Origin: Desulfobacterales bacterium
GTDB taxonomy: Bacteria; Desulfobacterota; Desulfobacteria; Desulfobacterales; UBA5616
Assembly (NCBI GenBank): GCA_046483495.1
Contig: JAWODC010000092.1
Coordinates: 64,001-128,000 of the forward strand
DNA: 64,000 nt
Reading direction: 5' to 3'
In this document: one piece after another, positions 19,855-30,256 of the stretch
Layout of the letters: each line of letters starts with the position of its first letter
How positions within the stretch are numbered: the first letter of the stretch is position 1
Position numbers and translations under genes: made by a program
The notes under the pieces: generated by a model
The model's database searches: none
What the model was told of the DNA's origin: nothing
The model's input: only the letters and a program-made list of their open reading frames with translations

Positions 19855-20769
19855 TCAGGCATCTTTGACCATCCAGACGTAAAATTCCGGCTTTTTTTTA
19901 AACCCGACACCGACAGCGCCGTCTTCAGGATAGAGGACCCAGGCATATGCCGGATCGATCATGCTGGAGGTGGAAGACCAATAACCGTCCCGAACATGGT
20001 AAAAGGGATGGTTGGCCGAAAGTGCCGGGGTATGAAACCTCATATCGCAAAGGCTTTCCAGTTCGCGTATATTGGGCAGGCGCCATGGGGGGCTTTCGTC
20101 CGCGGCCGTCCGGTTTGCCTGTTCAACGGTGGAAAAGGCCGAATCCCAGGAAACCGGGGCGCCGGTCGCATCCGCCCGTTTTTGCCATACCAGATGACCT
20201 TGCCGATCCAGAATAGTCGTACCGCTTGCGATGAATCTCGAGTTTTCTATCGACCGTGGTCGGCTGCCCCGCACGGGCCAGACCATGTACGATCCGTGTT
20301 TCATGCCCTTGAACACTCTTCCTCCGCCCAAATGGACATACCAGGCCTGGTCGGGCAGGCGGGCACAGGATGTGCCGGTCCAGTAATAGCCGTTGAATAC
20401 ATTCGTGAAGGGGTGAGGTTCGGGAAGTGCGGGATTGACAGTGTCGTGGCTGATCAGTGAGAAAAGATCGGATCGCGTGGGAAGACGCCATCGGCGGGCG
20501 CTGTCTCGGAGCGTCCGGTTCATCTCCTCGACATATTCCGCGGCTTCATGCCAGGTGAGGGGTACATCGGTAAGAGCGGCGTTTTGCGTCCATTCCAAAC
20601 CGGTCAGACGGTCCAGAACAGAATCCTTCATTCCTGCGGTAAACCGGGGAACGGGCCACCCGATCCCGGCATTCACATCTGCGTCCTGGCCGGTTCCCTG
20701 ACAGTCCACCGGCGTCCCATCAGAACGGAAGCACCGGGTCTGATCGGTTTTCATGACGAAACTGTGCAT
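19855..20769 (-). CDS. DUF1566 (Lcl C-terminal) tandem-domain protein
   Basis: CQGTGQDA, DRLTGLEW, WRLP twice, YWT/YWSS motifs. Confidence 0.88.
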   Translation of the reverse strand: MHSFVMKTDQTRCFRSDGTPVDCQGTGQDADVNAGIGWPVPRFTAGMKDSVLDRLTGLEWTQNAALTDVPLTWHEAAEYVEEMNRTLRDSARRWRLPTRSDLFSLISHDTVNPALPEPHPFTNVFNGYYWTGTSCARLPDQAWYVHLGGGRVFKGMKHGSYMVWPVRGSRPRSIENSRFIASGTTILDRQGHLVWQKRADATGAPVSWDSAFSTVEQANRTAADESPPWRLPNIRELESLCDMRFHTPALSANHPFYHVRDGYWSSTSSMIDPAYAWVLYPEDGAVGVGFKKKPEFYVWMVKDA

Positions 20770-20919
20770 AGCAAAATCCTGAAGAGTCTAACCTGAAATT
20801 ATAAATAAAAAGATATACTATTTTACGCAAGCGAAAAAAAATGTTACAAGCCGGTGAAACGTTCTGAGAAAGACGATATGCCACCCATCGACATCTTCCG
20901 ATCACCAAGAGAACGACAC

Positions 20920-22446
20920 ATGAAATCGCCGAAAACACCACGAGATTTTCCCATTGCCTACTTAAAAGATGCCTCGGCGTGGATTTCATTCGCGCACGAT
21001 TTAAATCATCTCCTCGAACTGATCCTTGAAACCGGTACGAAAATCATGAACGCCCGGGCAAGTTCACTGCTCCTGCTGGACCGAAAAACGAATAAACTTC
21101 ATTTCAGAGTGGCGACCGGCGAAAAAAAGGAGGCGGTCAAACATTTTGCAGTGAAGTTGGGGCAGGGAATAGCGGGTCAGGTCGCCCAGACCGGAATTCC
21201 CCTGTTGATTTCAGATGCCTCCGAAGATTCACGGTGGTATGGACATATCAGCGAAAAAATCGGGTTCGTCACCCGCTCGATTATTTGCGCGCCGCTGAAA
21301 GTCGAAGATACGATCATCGGCGCCATTGAATTTATCAACAAAGACGGCGGGGGCCCATTTAGAAAAAACGATCTCGATCTCTTGTGCGTGTTCGCCGATC
21401 TGGCCGCCCTTGCGATTGTCAATGCACGAAAATTTCAGCAGGTGGAACGTGAGAACAGACGGCTGCAACAAGTGCTCGATACCACCCACACCATTATCGG
21501 TGAAAGCAGAGCGATCAAACAGGTGATATCCGATGCCTTGAAGGTGGCACAATCGAATGCCGTTACGATGATCATGGGGGAGAGCGGAACGGGAAAAGAA
21601 CTTCTGGCGCGTCTGATTCATTATTCCAGCCCAAGGAGACAGCGCTCGATGGTTGCGTTGAATTGTGCCGCCCTTCAGGAAACCCTGTTGGAGGACGAAT
21701 TGTTCGGACACGAAAAAGGCGCCTTTACGGATGCCGCCGCCAAAAAGATCGGCAAGTTCGAACTGGCTGATGAGAGCACAATTTTTTTCGATGAAATCGG
21801 TGAGATGAGTCCATCCATGCAGGCAAAACTGCTTCGGGTTTTGCAGGACGGCGTATTCTATCGGGTGGGCGGTAATTTGCCCATTTCGGTAAACGTTCGC
21901 ATTTTATCTGCGACAAATAAAAATATTCGAAAAGAGATTGCCGAAGGTCGATTCCGGGAAGATTTATATTACCGCCTCAATGTCGTGTCCCTTTCCATAC
22001 CCCCGTTGAGAGAGCGCAAAGAGGACATCCCATTGCTGGCAAAGCATTTCGCCGATATGTTTATGAGAGAACGTGCCGGTAAAGAGGCCGTCATCTCCAC
22101 GGCGGCAATGGAAAAAATGATGCACTATGATTGGCCCGGCAACATCAGGGAAATGAAAAACATAATCGAGCGGGCCGTCGTCATGGGAAGCGGGACGACC
22201 ATAAGACCGGAGGATTTGACCATGCCGGGGAAAAAAATCCGCACGCTTCATGCAATGCCTTCCGGAAAAACCTTGCGGGAAGCTGTAGATACTTTCAAGA
22301 AAAACTACATTGCCTCGCAGCTGCATGCGGCAAACGGCAATCAGAAACAGGCCGCCCGGACGCTTGGGATCCAACGCACCTATCTCTCCCGCCTCATCGC
22401 TCAGTATCGACTCAAGGAAGAAAATCCGTCCCGGAATAGCAATTAA
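20920..22446 (+). CDS. GAF-domain sigma-54-dependent Fis-family activator (NifA-like architecture)
   Basis: GAF; GESGTGKE, ELFGHEKGAFTDA, FFDEIGE, FREDLYYRL, WPGNIRE; C-terminal HTH. Confidence 0.95.
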   Translation: MKSPKTPRDFPIAYLKDASAWISFAHDLNHLLELILETGTKIMNARASSLLLLDRKTNKLHFRVATGEKKEAVKHFAVKLGQGIAGQVAQTGIPLLISDASEDSRWYGHISEKIGFVTRSIICAPLKVEDTIIGAIEFINKDGGGPFRKNDLDLLCVFADLAALAIVNARKFQQVERENRRLQQVLDTTHTIIGESRAIKQVISDALKVAQSNAVTMIMGESGTGKELLARLIHYSSPRRQRSMVALNCAALQETLLEDELFGHEKGAFTDAAAKKIGKFELADESTIFFDEIGEMSPSMQAKLLRVLQDGVFYRVGGNLPISVNVRILSATNKNIRKEIAEGRFREDLYYRLNVVSLSIPPLRERKEDIPLLAKHFADMFMRERAGKEAVISTAAMEKMMHYDWPGNIREMKNIIERAVVMGSGTTIRPEDLTMPGKKIRTLHAMPSGKTLREAVDTFKKNYIASQLHAANGNQKQAARTLGIQRTYLSRLIAQYRLKEENPSRNSN

Positions 22447-22537
22447 CAAGGAATGCCGGCAAAAGCCGATAAGCGTTATTTTTTATTTTATCGGCATGCC
22501 TTGACCGAGAGGCGGGCAATCTGTTTTTGTGCACCAC

Positions 22538-22662
22538 TGTATGATTTTGTATAACTTACGGTTACAAAAGGATACATGTGTATTCACCTCCAAATATGTT
22601 TCATTCAGCGTTCGAGTGCGCTGTCCTGGCCTTTCATATGCTTGCCGATACACAAAGTTACA
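22538..22662. promoter_or_regulatory. Candidate upstream activator sequences
   Basis: Pseudo-palindrome TGTATGATTTTGTATAAC-TTACG-GTTACAAAAGGATACA (22538-22576) and GATACACAAAGTTACA (22647-22662), 130-250 bp upstream of the sigma-54 promoter. Confidence 0.45.
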
Positions 22663-22789
22663 GAGTTTTTTTTGTGGCGCAACCCACCGTATTATAAATA
22701 AAAGTATGTTCAATGAACCTTTATGGTCGAAATTGGAGCCGGAAAAAATTTCTCATGCCGCAAAGCGTGCCCCGGTCATAATGTTTATT

Positions 22790-22805
22790 TGGCATCATAA
22801 TTGCT
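22790..22805 (+). promoter_or_regulatory. Sigma-54 (-24/-12) promoter
   Basis: TGGCATCATAATTGCT = GG-N10-GC with TGGCA/TTGC consensus. Confidence 0.8.
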
Positions 22806-22816
22806 TATAAAATCAC

Positions 22817-23160
22817 CGTAAGTGAATAACATCGTTAAACCACTAAACACAGATAATCGAAGGGGGGTGATAATGAACGCATAAATGTGGGGAAGAAAGG
22901 GAAAAGTGATTTGATGGATTCACAGAACGAAAACTCACAGGAGGTTTATTCTACGGCTTTATCGAATCAGAGGGGAAAAGTTAAAACGTGCCGGCGGGAA
23001 ATCGGAATGCCCAGCAGGGTTCTCATCAACGGCCGTGAAGAAGGCGTTCTGCCGGGGACGAGCGGTCGTCGATACCGGCATACCTGATCCGAATCTGAAT
23101 GATATTTTCCCGTTCGGAAACCAAAAATACCGCTTTGGTGCAAACCAAAGCGGTATTTTT
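22817..23160 (+). ncRNA. Candidate sigma-54-dependent small RNA (~340 nt)
   Basis: Bounded by a sigma-54 promoter and a strong terminator; purine-rich; no convincing protein ORF. Confidence 0.5.
23123..23160 (+). terminator. Rho-independent terminator (bidirectional form)
   Basis: AAAAATACCGCTTTGGT-GCAA-ACCAAAGCGGTATTTTT perfect stem. Confidence 0.88.
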
Positions 23161-23179
23161 CATTGACAAACTCCGCTGA

Positions 23180-23213
23180 AATTAAAATACCGGCATAATT
23201 AAAATACCGGCAT
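23180..23213. repeat. Exact 17-bp tandem duplication
   Basis: AATTAAAATACCGGCAT x2. Confidence 0.9.
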
Positions 23214-23225
23214 TTCGTATGGTGA

Positions 23226-23243
23226 ATAAATGAATTCCCCTAT
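23226..23243. promoter_or_regulatory. 18-bp box (weak copy) upstream of USP
   Basis: ATAAATGAATTCCCCTAT, ~90 bp before the ATG. Confidence 0.45.
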
Positions 23244-23333
23244 GGCAATTTGGCTTCGTCACGACTATAGATGTTAGAAAACCCACCCGAGCCGAGATGC
23301 GGCGCAACTTGGGAAATAAACGAGGAGACCGAT

Positions 23334-23777
23334 ATGTTTGGCAAAATTTTATTTCCAGTGGACCTTTCTGAGAATATGTATAAAATTCAGCCCGTCGTTA
23401 TTGAAATGGCGGACAAATTCAATTCGGAGATTCACTGCGTGTACTGCTTGCATGTCGCCATGTACTACTCGCATATCGGTCTCTCCGTGGCCTATGTGGC
23501 GGATTTTGAAAATCAGGCACGTGCAGAAGTCGAAAAAAAGCTGAAAAAATTCACGGCCGAAAACTTCCAAGGCCGCCGAATTCATTCCAAGATCCTGTCC
23601 GGGCGGCCCGGAGATGAAATCGTTCGTTATATTCATTCGGAAAATATGGACCTGGTTGTCATGGGACACAGCAGCACGGGTATTGAAAGGGCTTTATTGG
23701 GCAGTGTGGCGGCCCATGTCGTCAAGTATTCACCCGTACCGGTAATGGTCATCAGCCCTGGAGTACTGAAGGATTGA
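23334..23777 (+). CDS. Universal stress protein
   Basis: MFGKILFPVDLS, DLVVMGH, LLGSVAAHVVKYSPVPVMV; RBS GAGGAG. Confidence 0.95.
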   Translation: MFGKILFPVDLSENMYKIQPVVIEMADKFNSEIHCVYCLHVAMYYSHIGLSVAYVADFENQARAEVEKKLKKFTAENFQGRRIHSKILSGRPGDEIVRYIHSENMDLVVMGHSSTGIERALLGSVAAHVVKYSPVPVMVISPGVLKD

Positions 23778-23802
23778 CAATCGAACCGCACACTGCTGTT
23801 CG

Positions 23803-26800
23803 TCATATCCCCATCTCGATCGGCATGGGAACGGAGCAGGTCACCGGGAATTCTTTCATTTGGCCCGGCCCGATGACATATTCCTGTTCATTGTGGCTGA
23901 TTTTGATCGGCGGCTGATCACTGGGCAGGACGTATATTCTCAGGGTCTCTGAATCAACATCGATTTCCAATGTGTGACCCCTGTAACGAAGATGCATATG
24001 GAAAAATTCAAGCTCTTCGGGCAGACAGGGGTTGAACCGAAGCACCCTGTCCCTCACTTCGAGTCCCGTGTATCCCCGGGTGACCATGTCCACGGTTCCG
24101 GCCATGGCGCCGAGATGAATGCCTTCTTTCGTAGTGCCGCCCTGTATGTCTTCGATATCACTTTTCAGCGCCTCGCAGAAATGGCTCCAGGAGCCGGCCC
24201 GCGTGGCCCGGGCAAGAACCCACGAATGCACCACCCGGCTCAGGGTGGATCCATGGGAGGTGCGCTTTAAATAGTACGATATTGTTTTTGGAATCCATTC
24301 AGGGTCGAAGGTATACCCCAATCGGTCGAAAAGCCTATCGAGTTCCTCGGCGGACAACAGATAAAAGAGCATCAGGGTATCGGCCTGCTTGGACAACTTA
24401 TAGCGGTTGGGCGTATCCCCCTCCGCCTCGAGAATGCGGTCGAGACGGTGGATGTCGCCGTATTTTGCCCTGTATTTCGGCCAGTCGAATTCTTCCAGTT
24501 TGTCGAATCCCTCGAATTGGGCGAGGACGTTGTCTTCGATAAACACAACCTTCATTTTCCTGCTGACGGCATCCCATCGCCGCATTTCAGCCGAATTCAA
24601 ATTCAGCTTGGAGCAAAGTTGAAGCCGCCGCTCCAATGGAATGATGTCCAGCATCCAGAGCGCTCGACTGAGGACCCAAACGGTCATGACATTGGTGTAC
24701 GTATTGTTGTTCAAACCCGGCTCATCGGAATCGGGGTAAGCATCGTGATATTCATCCGGCCCCATGACGTTTTTCATTTCATACCGGTTCGAGGCCTTAT
24801 CGTAGGACGTTAGACTTGCCAGAAAACGGGCGATTTCAAGCAGCATTTCCGCACCGTAAAACGACATGAATTCGATATCATCGGTTACTTGATAATAAAG
24901 CCAGAGATTGTAGGCGATAGCGATGTTGACATGCCGCTGCAAATGAGAATTGTCCGGGAGCCACCGGCCGGACTTCGGGTTGTAATGCACCACCTGTGTT
25001 TCTTCACGACCGTTGCTTCCGCTCTGCCAGGGGTACATGGCCCCTTCATGGCCGGCGTTTTTCGCCGCCTGCCGGGCGGCGTCAAGTCGGTAGTAGCGGT
25101 ACATCAAGAGAGAACGGGTGATTTCCGGAAGCCTGAAATTCAAAAACGGGAAGATAAACAGCTCGTCCCAAAAAATATGGCCCCTATAGGCTTCGCCGTG
25201 CCAGCCTCTGGCTGGGACGCCGACGTCGATATCGATGGTGTGAAGGGAAACCGTCTGCAGAATATGAAAGATGTATAAATGGGTGATCAACCCGATGCGA
25301 TTGTCCCCGTCGCGGTTCTCGAACCTGAACTGGACATTGAATCGGCGCCATAGGTGCCACCACGCCCGAATGTGTGTCATGAGCAGATCATGAAACGATC
25401 CGGCTCTCTTCACGGCCGATCGGGCCTCGAGGCCGCATTCGGAGATGGCGTAATCCCGTGACGTATAGAGGGAGACGATTTTTTCCACCGTCAGGGTATC
25501 GCCCGTATGCAGCGATACCCGGGCGGTCTGCTCGATATAGCCTTCCCGAATCTCGTGCTGCCACTGTAATTGTATGGGTTCCAAATTATTGAAAACCCGG
25601 GTTCTGGCGGCAAGTGCCACACGAATATCGGATTGTGAGGTGCGGACTTTGAGGTACAGCGTTTCCGGATTTACGGCAAACGCTTCCATGGGACGGAGAT
25701 GCCGGCTGTTCAGGTCTTTGTAGCGCTCCACTCCCGCGTTGGTCACCGTGCCGTCCAACGCGCTGCGGATATCCACCTCCCCGGACCAGTTTACCGCCAT
25801 CAGGTTGATTTCCTCGGCAGCCATGTGGGCGTTTTCCATGTGGACGAATCGCCTGCAAAACAAAATCGATTCCCGGCCCTGCTTATCACGGAAACGAACC
25901 TCTCGATGCAAAATACCGCTTTTGATGTCCAGTTCCTGCCGGTACATAAGAATATCGACGTGCTTCAGTTCGACCCATCGGCCGCCGTCGATTCGAAATT
26001 GAACCGGAAGCCAGTTCGGCATGTTGACAAGGTCCTCGTTTACTATGATACGGCCCGCCACTTCAGTGCCCAGCCGGTTATAACCTCCTGCAAGATACAT
26101 CCCCGGGTAATGGATGTCGTCGGCATGCGATTCCGCAGCGGCCCCCCGTGTTGCAAAGTAGCCGTTGCCCAGTGTGCAGAGCGCTTCACGGAGACCCTCT
26201 TCGGTCGGTATAAAACCCGTGTAGGTGAGCCACCATTGGTGACGGGTTTCACGTGCGGTGCCGGTCAGAAATTGCAAAAACTGCCGGACCTCCTCCGTAC
26301 TGTCAACGGCGAAATGCGCATAGGTGGGTCGGGAGTGCTTGTCACGGACGATAACGCCAAGGCCGCCGATACGCCCCAACTCTCTGAAAGCGTCTTCATC
26401 CGTCGTGTCATCTCCGATATATATGGGGAGAACATCCGGCCGGTCCAGCTGCAGTTTTTCCAGCAGCCACAGCAGCGCCTTGCCCTTGTGCCAATCTATG
26501 GCGGGTTTTAATTCGAAAACCTTTTTTCCGGTTGATTTGCGGAATTCTTCAAATTCCTCCAGGACCTCATCCAGTCCGGCTTCGATTTTAGGCACATCAT
26601 CATCGGCTGCCTGCCGAAAATGTACAGCTATGGAAAATTTTTTGTGCTCAACCACCGCGCCGTGGATCGGTTCGAGTTTCTTTTTCAATGCCTGTGCGAC
26701 CCGCTCGAGGGCCGGGATAAATTCGGTCCCCTTTTCGTGCCGGATTTGCTGATATCCGGGTGCTGCGATATCGAATCCGTGGCTCCCGCCGTAGAGCAGC

Positions 26801-27093
26801 GGGTCAAGACCAACCAGCGATTTCACATCTTCGAGATCCCTCCCGCTCAAAATGGAAACCGTGCAGTACGTTGCGAGATCCTTCAATGTTTCCCGCATGG
26901 ATTCCGACATCACGGCGAGCTCGGGCCGTTCGACGATGGGGGTCAGGGTGCCGTCATAATCCAGAAAAACGGCAAATTTTTTATTATCGGAGATTTCCTT
27001 TATGTCCTCGGACCTCACCAGAGCCGAGGATAGACTCCCCGTATTGGACTGGGAATCGGTAATCGCTGGTATCGGGATAATGTCTGCTTCCAT
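23803..27093 (-). CDS. Trehalose-6-phosphate phosphatase (HAD) fused to a GH65 glycoside phosphorylase (OtsB1-like)
   Basis: [27 protein letters not shown]65 [34 protein letters not shown]. Confidence 0.93.
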   Translation of the reverse strand: MEADIIPIPAITDSQSNTGSLSSALVRSEDIKEISDNKKFAVFLDYDGTLTPIVERPELAVMSESMRETLKDLATYCTVSILSGRDLEDVKSLVGLDPLLYGGSHGFDIAAPGYQQIRHEKGTEFIPALERVAQALKKKLEPIHGAVVEHKKFSIAVHFRQAADDDVPKIEAGLDEVLEEFEEFRKSTGKKVFELKPAIDWHKGKALLWLLEKLQLDRPDVLPIYIGDDTTDEDAFRELGRIGGLGVIVRDKHSRPTYAHFAVDSTEEVRQFLQFLTGTARETRHQWWLTYTGFIPTEEGLREALCTLGNGYFATRGAAAESHADDIHYPGMYLAGGYNRLGTEVAGRIIVNEDLVNMPNWLPVQFRIDGGRWVELKHVDILMYRQELDIKSGILHREVRFRDKQGRESILFCRRFVHMENAHMAAEEINLMAVNWSGEVDIRSALDGTVTNAGVERYKDLNSRHLRPMEAFAVNPETLYLKVRTSQSDIRVALAARTRVFNNLEPIQLQWQHEIREGYIEQTARVSLHTGDTLTVEKIVSLYTSRDYAISECGLEARSAVKRAGSFHDLLMTHIRAWWHLWRRFNVQFRFENRDGDNRIGLITHLYIFHILQTVSLHTIDIDVGVPARGWHGEAYRGHIFWDELFIFPFLNFRLPEITRSLLMYRYYRLDAARQAAKNAGHEGAMYPWQSGSNGREETQVVHYNPKSGRWLPDNSHLQRHVNIAIAYNLWLYYQVTDDIEFMSFYGAEMLLEIARFLASLTSYDKASNRYEMKNVMGPDEYHDAYPDSDEPGLNNNTYTNVMTVWVLSRALWMLDIIPLERRLQLCSKLNLNSAEMRRWDAVSRKMKVVFIEDNVLAQFEGFDKLEEFDWPKYRAKYGDIHRLDRILEAEGDTPNRYKLSKQADTLMLFYLLSAEELDRLFDRLGYTFDPEWIPKTISYYLKRTSHGSTLSRVVHSWVLARATRAGSWSHFCEALKSDIEDIQGGTTKEGIHLGAMAGTVDMVTRGYTGLEVRDRVLRFNPCLPEELEFFHMHLRYRGHTLEIDVDSETLRIYVLPSDQPPIKISHNEQEYVIGPGQMKEFPVTCSVPMPIEMGI

Positions 27094-27162
27094 GGTACAT
27101 CCTCTGCTGTCGCCTATAGGTTCGGTGCCGTCGCGGTGTTGAATTACATGTCACCATTTAAA

Positions 27163-27969
27163 TTACCGGCAAAAAGGGGCGTTTTTCACTTCGGGCAGTT
27201 TTTCCGGTGTAAAATAAGCATTGGAAATGTCGTCCTTCACTTCGGAGCGCTTTGCCACCCACTCGGTGCTGGTTTTTTCAAAGTGATCGAACATCTCCAT
27301 GGTAAAGCTGATCACATTTCCATCCGGATCCATTTTGGCATCGGAAAAGACCAGGGTCTTCCACAGATCCCCGCCTATATCATAATAATAGCGTTTAACC
27401 GGCATAAAATTGTCGGCAGATACAAACGTTATGATTTTAGAGTAATAAGCGCTTGAACGAGGTATGGATTTCAGAACCACGATATCCTCTTTTTTCTCAT
27501 CGTGATCGGGCATCAGTTCGTGGTCGGCCCAAGGGTCGATAAAACCGATGTCTGTGTAAGTGAAATCGGTTCCGAGAAAGGGTTCATATGTGAAAATATT
27601 GTTTATTCTTCGAATTCGATTAAGTGACGGCGCATAGACCCACGTGTTGATCGCACGTTGTTTCAGCGGTTCTCTGATTAATATCGTAAATCCGTAAAGG
27701 GGTTCGGGTTCTCTGATCATTATCAGAATTTTCTTTTCATCATCGATGGTTTTGCGTATTTCGCACGCCTCCCATTCCATGGTCGTGTCATTTTGGAATT
27801 TGATGTTGACGTGGATATCACGAACCATGGTCTCTTCCGGTTCCAGCAGTTCCTTTATTTCGGTCAACACCTTTTCAGCCGTTATGGATTGGGCCTGGGA
27901 TAACGGCAATGCCGCAATAAGCGTGATGCAGAAAACGATTACATGAGTCGTGAACATCTTTTTTGCCAT
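27163..27969 (-). CDS. Outer-membrane lipoprotein-sorting (LolA-like/DUF1329) protein
   Basis: Signal peptide; WVYAPSLNRIRRI, FLGTDFTYTD, YYDIGGDLWKT. Confidence 0.8.
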   Translation of the reverse strand: MAKKMFTTHVIVFCITLIAALPLSQAQSITAEKVLTEIKELLEPEETMVRDIHVNIKFQNDTTMEWEACEIRKTIDDEKKILIMIREPEPLYGFTILIREPLKQRAINTWVYAPSLNRIRRINNIFTYEPFLGTDFTYTDIGFIDPWADHELMPDHDEKKEDIVVLKSIPRSSAYYSKIITFVSADNFMPVKRYYYDIGGDLWKTLVFSDAKMDPDGNVISFTMEMFDHFEKTSTEWVAKRSEVKDDISNAYFTPEKLPEVKNAPFCR

Positions 27970-28209
27970 TCTTCACCGCCTTTCCATTGTTTCCGGTTAT
28001 AGGTCACCTTCCGGGTTCATGCCGGGCGCATTTCGGACCGTTCGCCGGTGGAGCACAAATTCGCCGAAAAGACTCCAGAACCGCAACGCCGGGCAAGAAC
28101 GCAACGTTAAGCATCTTCATTATCGAATTCCGATTGTACCATTCCTGCCGATTTCGTGAAGTAGGTAGATAATGTATTTTACAAAGGACGGCATGTAAAG
28201 GAGCGACAG

Positions 28210-28641
28210 TCAGCAGACAGGATGATGCGGATTTTCCAGCGGGGGCTTGCCCGCCTTTAAGCGCATCCAGTTGACCATATTGAGAACACGCGGACGGCAA
28301 AGGATGCGCCGAATCAGGCGGCGTTTGCCGGGGATGTTTGATAACGAGATCCCGACGGCCATTGTAAGCAGCCCCTGTCCGGGCAGAACGAGCATCGCTA
28401 TGCCGGCGATCACGAGAATAATGCCCAATCCGTTTTTAAAAAATAAGTACGGCCACAGAATAGGTGCGGAAAGATTGTAGGTTTTTTCGCCTTCCCCCGT
28501 CAAGTAACCTCGTGGAAGCCAAATGACCAGGAGCGGACCGATCATCACCATGGCAAAAAATAGAACGAGCGAGGCCAGCGCCGCCCATCCCAGAATATTT
28601 TCATGTGTTTCCAGCCAGGTCCACATCATTTCCGCCATCAT
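28210..28641 (-). CDS. PGPGW-family transmembrane protein
   Basis: KNGLGIILVIAGIAMLVLPGQGLL motif. Confidence 0.8.
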   Translation of the reverse strand: MMAEMMWTWLETHENILGWAALASLVLFFAMVMIGPLLVIWLPRGYLTGEGEKTYNLSAPILWPYLFFKNGLGIILVIAGIAMLVLPGQGLLTMAVGISLSNIPGKRRLIRRILCRPRVLNMVNWMRLKAGKPPLENPHHPVC

Positions 28642-29316
28642 TTAAATGTGAATGAGCCGGTATTTAACGGCTATTTTGATCAGATCGGACGTCGATTGGA
28701 CATCCATTTTTTCCATGATATTGTATTTATGGGTTTCAACGGTTTTGGGGCTGATATAGAGGCGTTCCCCTATTTGACCGGGCGTCAGTCCATCGGCCAG
28801 AAGAAGGAAAATCTCCTTTTCGCGCTTGCTGAGGTTTTCAATCCGCCGCCGAACGTTATTGGAAATTTTCTGTTCTTCCTCATTTTCCAGAAAGGTGAGG
28901 TGGGACTGGAGAATTTGACGCACGGCGTTGCTGTAAAAAACGGCTCCGGATTGAATAGTATTAACGGCAAGCAAAACTTCTTCCAATGGTTCATCTTTTA
29001 AAATACAGCCGGAAATGCCCATCCCGAAGAGGGTAATGATTTCCTCCGGGTTGGCCGTCATGGTGAACACCAGAATTCTGGTTCCTTCATTATCCTTTCG
29101 AATCCGCTTCACCACTTCGATGCCGCTCAGATTCGGCATCGCGATGTCCAGAATGATAAGGTCGGGATTCAAGGCGTCGACTTGTTCCAGGGTTTGCGTT
29201 CCATCCTGCGCCAGCCCGACAATTTCCACATCAGGTGCCGCTTTCAGGATTTTGGTCAGGCCCTCCAGGACGACCTGATGGTCGTCGGCGATTAATATTT
29301 TCGTGTTGCCGGCCAT
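28642..29316 (-). CDS. NarL/FixJ-family response regulator
   Basis: ILIADDH, LDIAMP, LSKREKEI, ISPKTVETHKYNIMEK. Confidence 0.95.
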   Translation of the reverse strand: MAGNTKILIADDHQVVLEGLTKILKAAPDVEIVGLAQDGTQTLEQVDALNPDLIILDIAMPNLSGIEVVKRIRKDNEGTRILVFTMTANPEEIITLFGMGISGCILKDEPLEEVLLAVNTIQSGAVFYSNAVRQILQSHLTFLENEEEQKISNNVRRRIENLSKREKEIFLLLADGLTPGQIGERLYISPKTVETHKYNIMEKMDVQSTSDLIKIAVKYRLIHI

Positions 29317-29365
29317 TGTATTTCCTTTAACCGTGTTGAAATATTTGTCGGAATCCTTGCCGATC

Positions 29366-30253
29366 TCAGGTTGTTTCCAGCGCCTCGAACCCTGAAACAA
29401 TGTCTAAAAGTTCACCGGTAATCGCCATTTGCCGGCGACGGTGGTATTCCATACTTAAATCGTCGAGCTCTTCCTGAATATTTTTTTCCGCCTGCTGCAT
29501 GGATTGAAGGCGACTTTGATTTTCACTGGCCATCGATTCGGCAAATGCCTTGTAAATGGCTGTAAACAGATGCTGCTTGATCAGGGATGAAAACATGGCG
29601 GTCGTATCCATCGTAATCATGGGTAGACATCGACTCGGCCATTCTTTTTTCTTCAATTCTTCCACCCACTGCTGATCGATGGGAAGCAGCCGTTCAGCAT
29701 GCGGCAAAAAGCCGGTTTTCTCCGGTTTTATGCTGTAATAAAGCCAGATCCGGCGTGGTGACCAGCGCCTTTCCCACTCGTCGATAACCGAGAGAATATC
29801 CTGGACATGAGAGGTGATGCCCGCCACGGACCCCGGGACCCGGATATAAGCGTCAACCGGGTGACCCACGCGTTCCAATTTGCGTTTCATGCGGGCTCCG
29901 ACGGCGATAAACCGCATGTTCCCCGTTTCGGGCGGGAGAGATTGCCGCAGATGCTTCAGCGTATGGTTGAGAACGACATCATTGAGCTGTCCGGCCATGC
30001 CCTGGTCGGAACCGAACACAACGGCACCGACGTGACCGTCCCGTGTTTTTCGGTCTTCTGCAAGAGGCGGCAAAGGATGCGACACCACCACCTGCATCGC
30101 CATGTCGATCGTGCGGGAAAACGCTCGAAGTGAGAGCACGGCTTTCTCGTATTGCTTGATTCTCACAGATGCCATCGCTTTCATGGTTTTAACCACCGAT
30201 TCCAAATCCGTGACACTGTCGATTTTTCGTTTTAATGCTTCAATGGTCTGCAT
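29366..30253 (-). CDS. atpG: N-ATPase gamma subunit
   Basis: VKTMKAMA, GSDQG, ASENQSRL, RQMAITGELLDI. Confidence 0.95.
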   Translation of the reverse strand: MQTIEALKRKIDSVTDLESVVKTMKAMASVRIKQYEKAVLSLRAFSRTIDMAMQVVVSHPLPPLAEDRKTRDGHVGAVVFGSDQGMAGQLNDVVLNHTLKHLRQSLPPETGNMRFIAVGARMKRKLERVGHPVDAYIRVPGSVAGITSHVQDILSVIDEWERRWSPRRIWLYYSIKPEKTGFLPHAERLLPIDQQWVEELKKKEWPSRCLPMITMDTTAMFSSLIKQHLFTAIYKAFAESMASENQSRLQSMQQAEKNIQEELDDLSMEYHRRRQMAITGELLDIVSGFEALETT

Positions 30254-30256
30254 ATG

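Noticed and set aside
19633..20460. 275-aa ORF as an intact gene
   Set aside because: Most of it is antisense to the DUF1566 gene; only the first ~70 codons look like a gene remnant
21714..21734. GAFTDA instead of GAFTGA as a sign of an inactive sigma-54 activator
   Set aside because: GAFTDA is a common natural variant, and the other AAA+ motifs are intact
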